Positions 60,740 to 64,000 of a stretch of DNA of 64,000 nucleotides are shown here, piece after piece (within the stretch, counting starts at the first letter, position 1; each line of letters begins with the position of its first letter). The position numbers and the translations under genes are program-made. The notes beneath the pieces were generated by a model. It was given only the letters and a program-made list of their open reading frames with translations. It was not told the origin of the DNA and made no database searches. This DNA is from Albugo candida (taxonomy: Eukaryota): the NCBI GenBank assembly GCA_040437565.1, contig JBDOQK010000028.1, forward strand, positions 1 through 64,000, given 5' to 3'.

Positions 60740-62305
60740 TTAAGTGTCAAGTTGCGCTTGCAATGCATCACGAGCGGCAAAAGCAATTCTAGCAGCATGT
60801 CGAGCTGCTTCTTCATTATCCTTGCTAATCTGCGCATCCTTAAATGCGGATTCCAACAGTCTTGAAAGCTTTTGTATTTCCGCAGCCTGATGTGTTGTGC
60901 ATGCTCTCAATCGTTCTACTTCCTTTTTTTCTTCATCTAGCTGTGCCTGGAATGTCACTTTCTCCTTCAAATGAAGTTTCCGAGCAGTGATGAGTTTCTG
61001 TGTCAGCTCTTCGATAATCCTCCGGCTCTCTCGTAACTTTTCCGTTCTCTCGTGAATGTTTGCCTTCTCTTCATCCTGAATAGCCTTCTCTTCGTGATCT
61101 GAGAAGAGGTTCGGATCGCGCGAAGAAGTGACTATTGTCGATGGAGAATAAGGTAACGGCATCATCGCTGGAGAGGTGCAATATTGTCCTGAATCGTAAT
61201 ATGAACGTGACTCGTCTTCCAGTGCATCTTCGTCGTAATCGGTGTTTATAAAGCCGAGAGATAGATTTACGCTTTTTCGAATCGATAATGGTTCCTCTGC
61301 GTCGATTTGATTGGATACATCCATTTCGTCCGAATCAGGAGGCAATATGTTATTTCCCTCATCTTCTTCGGTGTCAATCTCTGTATCAGTTTCATTATTG
61401 AGTAGATTGCCACGCATACAATGTTCAGGTGGAATTTTTGCACGCATCGGTACATCTTTGAGAAATGCAGACAATTTTGTCGAGTGAAGATCATTCTTTT
61501 TCGAGACGCTATCTTCTTCTTTGTTTTTGATGCGCTCTGCTCCTCTATACGCGTTCTTGATTCGCTCGTGTTTTTCAGCGATGTGCTCTGCTTTCTCGAC
61601 CGGTTTGGTGTTTGGCCCTACCTTTTCAGCCGGTCTCTTCATGCGCTCGCGATGGTTGGATCTAGCCACTTTGTCGGTGAACCGATTCAAGAATTCGTCG
61701 AGTTTGTGAGAGCGTTTAGATTCTTGTGGTTTACAAGGTGCCTCAATCGATTTGCGGTTTACTCGCCGTGGGAAACTAGGAACGGTTTGTTGTTTTGTAT
61801 CTGAAGTGAAGCGCTCGCGTAGTGCATTTAAACACATACATACGCTTGTTTCGTTTTTATCGTGAACGAGTTCCAAACTCGTGAATGTATACCGTTCTTC
61901 TAGTTCGACAACCTCTCGACACCAACGTAAAAATAATTGTACACGTTCCATACTGTGAAATGGTGTGACTTGATGTAAGCTGCGATTCACATTTGCTTTG
62001 AATATACTTCTGACAACTCGGTCTTTTTTCTGCAATGAATTTTGTGTGTTTTGTAAAACGTATGCAAGAGTGTATAGTAAACGTCCATCAAGGAGTAGCT
62101 CGCAGAACAAAGTAGATTGCTCTTTCACGTCTTGTATACTTTGCTCAAGTTTATTCCACTGCGTCGAAGTAATGACTCCACTCGGAAGTGCGGTATTCGC
62201 TTGACGCACGCAGTCATAAAACCATGTTCGTAATATTACCTTGAGATCTGGAGAAAAAAGCTTAGACTCGCTCGATCGGCGTGTTAGTTTGATTCCTAAG
62301 AACAT
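60740..62305 (-). CDS. Calponin-homology-like domain plus coiled-coil protein
   Basis: LLDGRLLYTLA, PFHSMERVQLFLRWC, FTSLELVHDKN...VCMCL; C-terminal heptad-rich region. Confidence 0.75.
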   Translation of the reverse strand: MFLGIKLTRRSSESKLFSPDLKVILRTWFYDCVRQANTALPSGVITSTQWNKLEQSIQDVKEQSTLFCELLLDGRLLYTLAYVLQNTQNSLQKKDRVVRSIFKANVNRSLHQVTPFHSMERVQLFLRWCREVVELEERYTFTSLELVHDKNETSVCMCLNALRERFTSDTKQQTVPSFPRRVNRKSIEAPCKPQESKRSHKLDEFLNRFTDKVARSNHRERMKRPAEKVGPNTKPVEKAEHIAEKHERIKNAYRGAERIKNKEEDSVSKKNDLHSTKLSAFLKDVPMRAKIPPEHCMRGNLLNNETDTEIDTEEDEGNNILPPDSDEMDVSNQIDAEEPLSIRKSVNLSLGFINTDYDEDALEDESRSYYDSGQYCTSPAMMPLPYSPSTIVTSSRDPNLFSDHEEKAIQDEEKANIHERTEKLRESRRIIEELTQKLITARKLHLKEKVTFQAQLDEEKKEVERLRACTTHQAAEIQKLSRLLESAFKDAQISKDNEEAARHAARIAFAARDALQAQLDT

Positions 62306-63048
62306 GGTCTAATTCTGTTTGTCCGCGGCAAGAAGACCACCACAAAACAGACTGATCGTTTCGCGGATTGCTATATCGTAAGTTATTTCATGGTATCGTT
62401 CCGAATTCTTGCGGGAATCTATATAAAAATCAAGCAGAACGAGGGTAGGGATACGAATTCCCCCTGTCCAGTCAGATTGTAATGTTGTGCCGAACCGGCA
62501 GTTGACAGCTCCATGCCATTGGATCAATAAAACTGTGTTAATGATTCAAACAAACTGTGCTAATGGTGTGTGGATGTTGCACGAGTGTTCAGATTGTCGT
62601 GAGTGTTGTTCAAATGTAAGGTGACCCGATGACGCAGTCGACGCTACTCGCCTTCTTCAAGACGAAAAACCCTCTCCGAAACGATACAAGGCTCTTACTT
62701 CAATATCAAGTTCAACTTGGATTCGTCCGCTTTCGGACATTTGTTCTCATTTTGTAATACTACGGCTAAGACTGCAAATGGAGACAATGGATATTGTGGA
62801 TTACGAAAATGTCAAGAGCAAACGCTTTCTTCGCTTGGATAACACCAGTGACTTAATGGTTTCAATGTATGAAAAGTTTCGCATGTCTGGCGAGAAACCA
62901 GCCCGTTGTATACTTATAAACTATACAGCGGCAGAAGAGGACGACTTGTGTTCCGACACAACAGAGTATTTGTATACGGAATCACTGAAAAAGTATATAA
63001 ATCATTCATAAAATATGTATCATTCCAAACGTATATTTCCAACGCAGT

Positions 63049-63999
63049 TCACGATGCCGCCGTAGTAGATAGATTATACTTTGCGCGCAGAAAACCACGT
63101 CGCTGTGCTTGTAAAAGTCTCCGATCTTGCTGGAACGAAGATATTTTTTTCTCCAGACACGTTGCTTCCTCTGATCTCTGTCGAAGTTTTGCGGTCTCGA
63201 CCTCAACTTCTCTTGCACGGCGTTCTTTTTCCTGTTTTTGAATAACACATCGAACATCTCGAGCGACTTGAATGCCGTTCATCCATTGTCTTCGTACGGT
63301 GGAATTCTTCGCATCAAATCGATACTCCTTGCTTTCTCTTGTCGTGATGCGGAAGCCTACGTCCGCATTATCCTCTCCAATCGATACTTCCTGAACACTA
63401 ATAATCGCATCTAATGCGATGGTCTTGGTCTCACCTGCACAACTATGTTATCATTTTTGTATTCTGTTACGGAACATGGTAAAGATACCTTCATATTGCC
63501 GTGTTTCCAAATTAACTGACCGGTATTGAAATACATTCGCTTGGGGGAGAAACCATAGCTCAACAGATCGAGTTCGAATCAAACCGTATTTTACAAACAG
63601 CGTGCCGTTTTCCAAAATTGGTAGATATCGTTCATAGTAAACGTTCTCGGTCTTTGCTTGCATCCAACAAGTTGTACACACTCGGACGGGTTGGTCCATT
63701 CCGTACTTGATGATACGTTCGTATTGCCCAGCGCACTTGTGACAAAAAATCAAACCACAACACCGGCAGTGATGCTTACGTGTGAACAGATCAAACTGAT
63801 CCATGCAAGTTGTGCAGCAAATGGAACTGTCATCTTTGGTCCATGGCGGCGGCTTTTCGTATCTTGAGCATGATGATGATGCAAGGGTGTCGCGTGAACG
63901 CTGGATCCGTGCTTTACCAGGTTGAGTGTTGTCGTAGTCATACGGATTGGACGAAGCTTGAAAGCAGCAGGAAAATATGGAGCGAGCATTCGCGATCAC
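63049..63999 (-). CDS. FYVE zinc finger + PH-like + coiled-coil protein, intron 63435-63488; the start may lie outside the window
   Basis: WTKD...CTTC...RKHHCRCCGLIFCHKC...RVCTTC; the spliced exon has a PH-like YRFDAK...RQWMNGI and joins ORF 63049-63282. Confidence 0.9.
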
Positions 64000-64000
64000 T

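Noticed and set aside
1-64000. tRNA, rRNA, CRISPR arrays, prokaryotic operons
   Set aside because: None recognised; spliceosomal introns and gene content are eukaryotic.

Overview
Eukaryotic, intron-containing DNA from an oomycete, most likely Albugo (inferred from short 50-80 bp GT-AG introns, compact genes, an RWP-RK factor with RWPHRR, PACRG and oomycete-type LTR elements). The draft scaffold has many 100-N gaps whose flanks are often duplicated. About 1-13 kb is a transposon graveyard: Copia, MULE, a MITE with an 8-bp TSD, and a chromoviral Gypsy nested in another Gypsy. About 15-47 kb is mostly gene-dense: PRPS-like, discoidin protein, RWP-RK, RPL31, Yippee, tetraspanin-like, UBL-PI4K, two secreted acidic proteins, an Arb2/FAM172-like-AGC kinase fusion, COQ4, PX, PACRG, Sel1, histone-fold and ELMO. 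A tandem duplication of an ELMO-saccharopine dehydrogenase-like-aquaglyceroporin block (about 44.6-48.2 kb and 56.6-60.5 kb) shows reciprocal gene loss, and three nested Copia elements separate its two copies. Main highlights: an intact aquaglyceroporin paralog with both loop-E selectivity residues changed to Gly, the Arb2-like/kinase fusion, a PRPS-like protein lacking catalytic motifs, a 42-bp hairpin and a 294-bp fold-back inversion. All family calls come from motif recognition by eye, not database searches.
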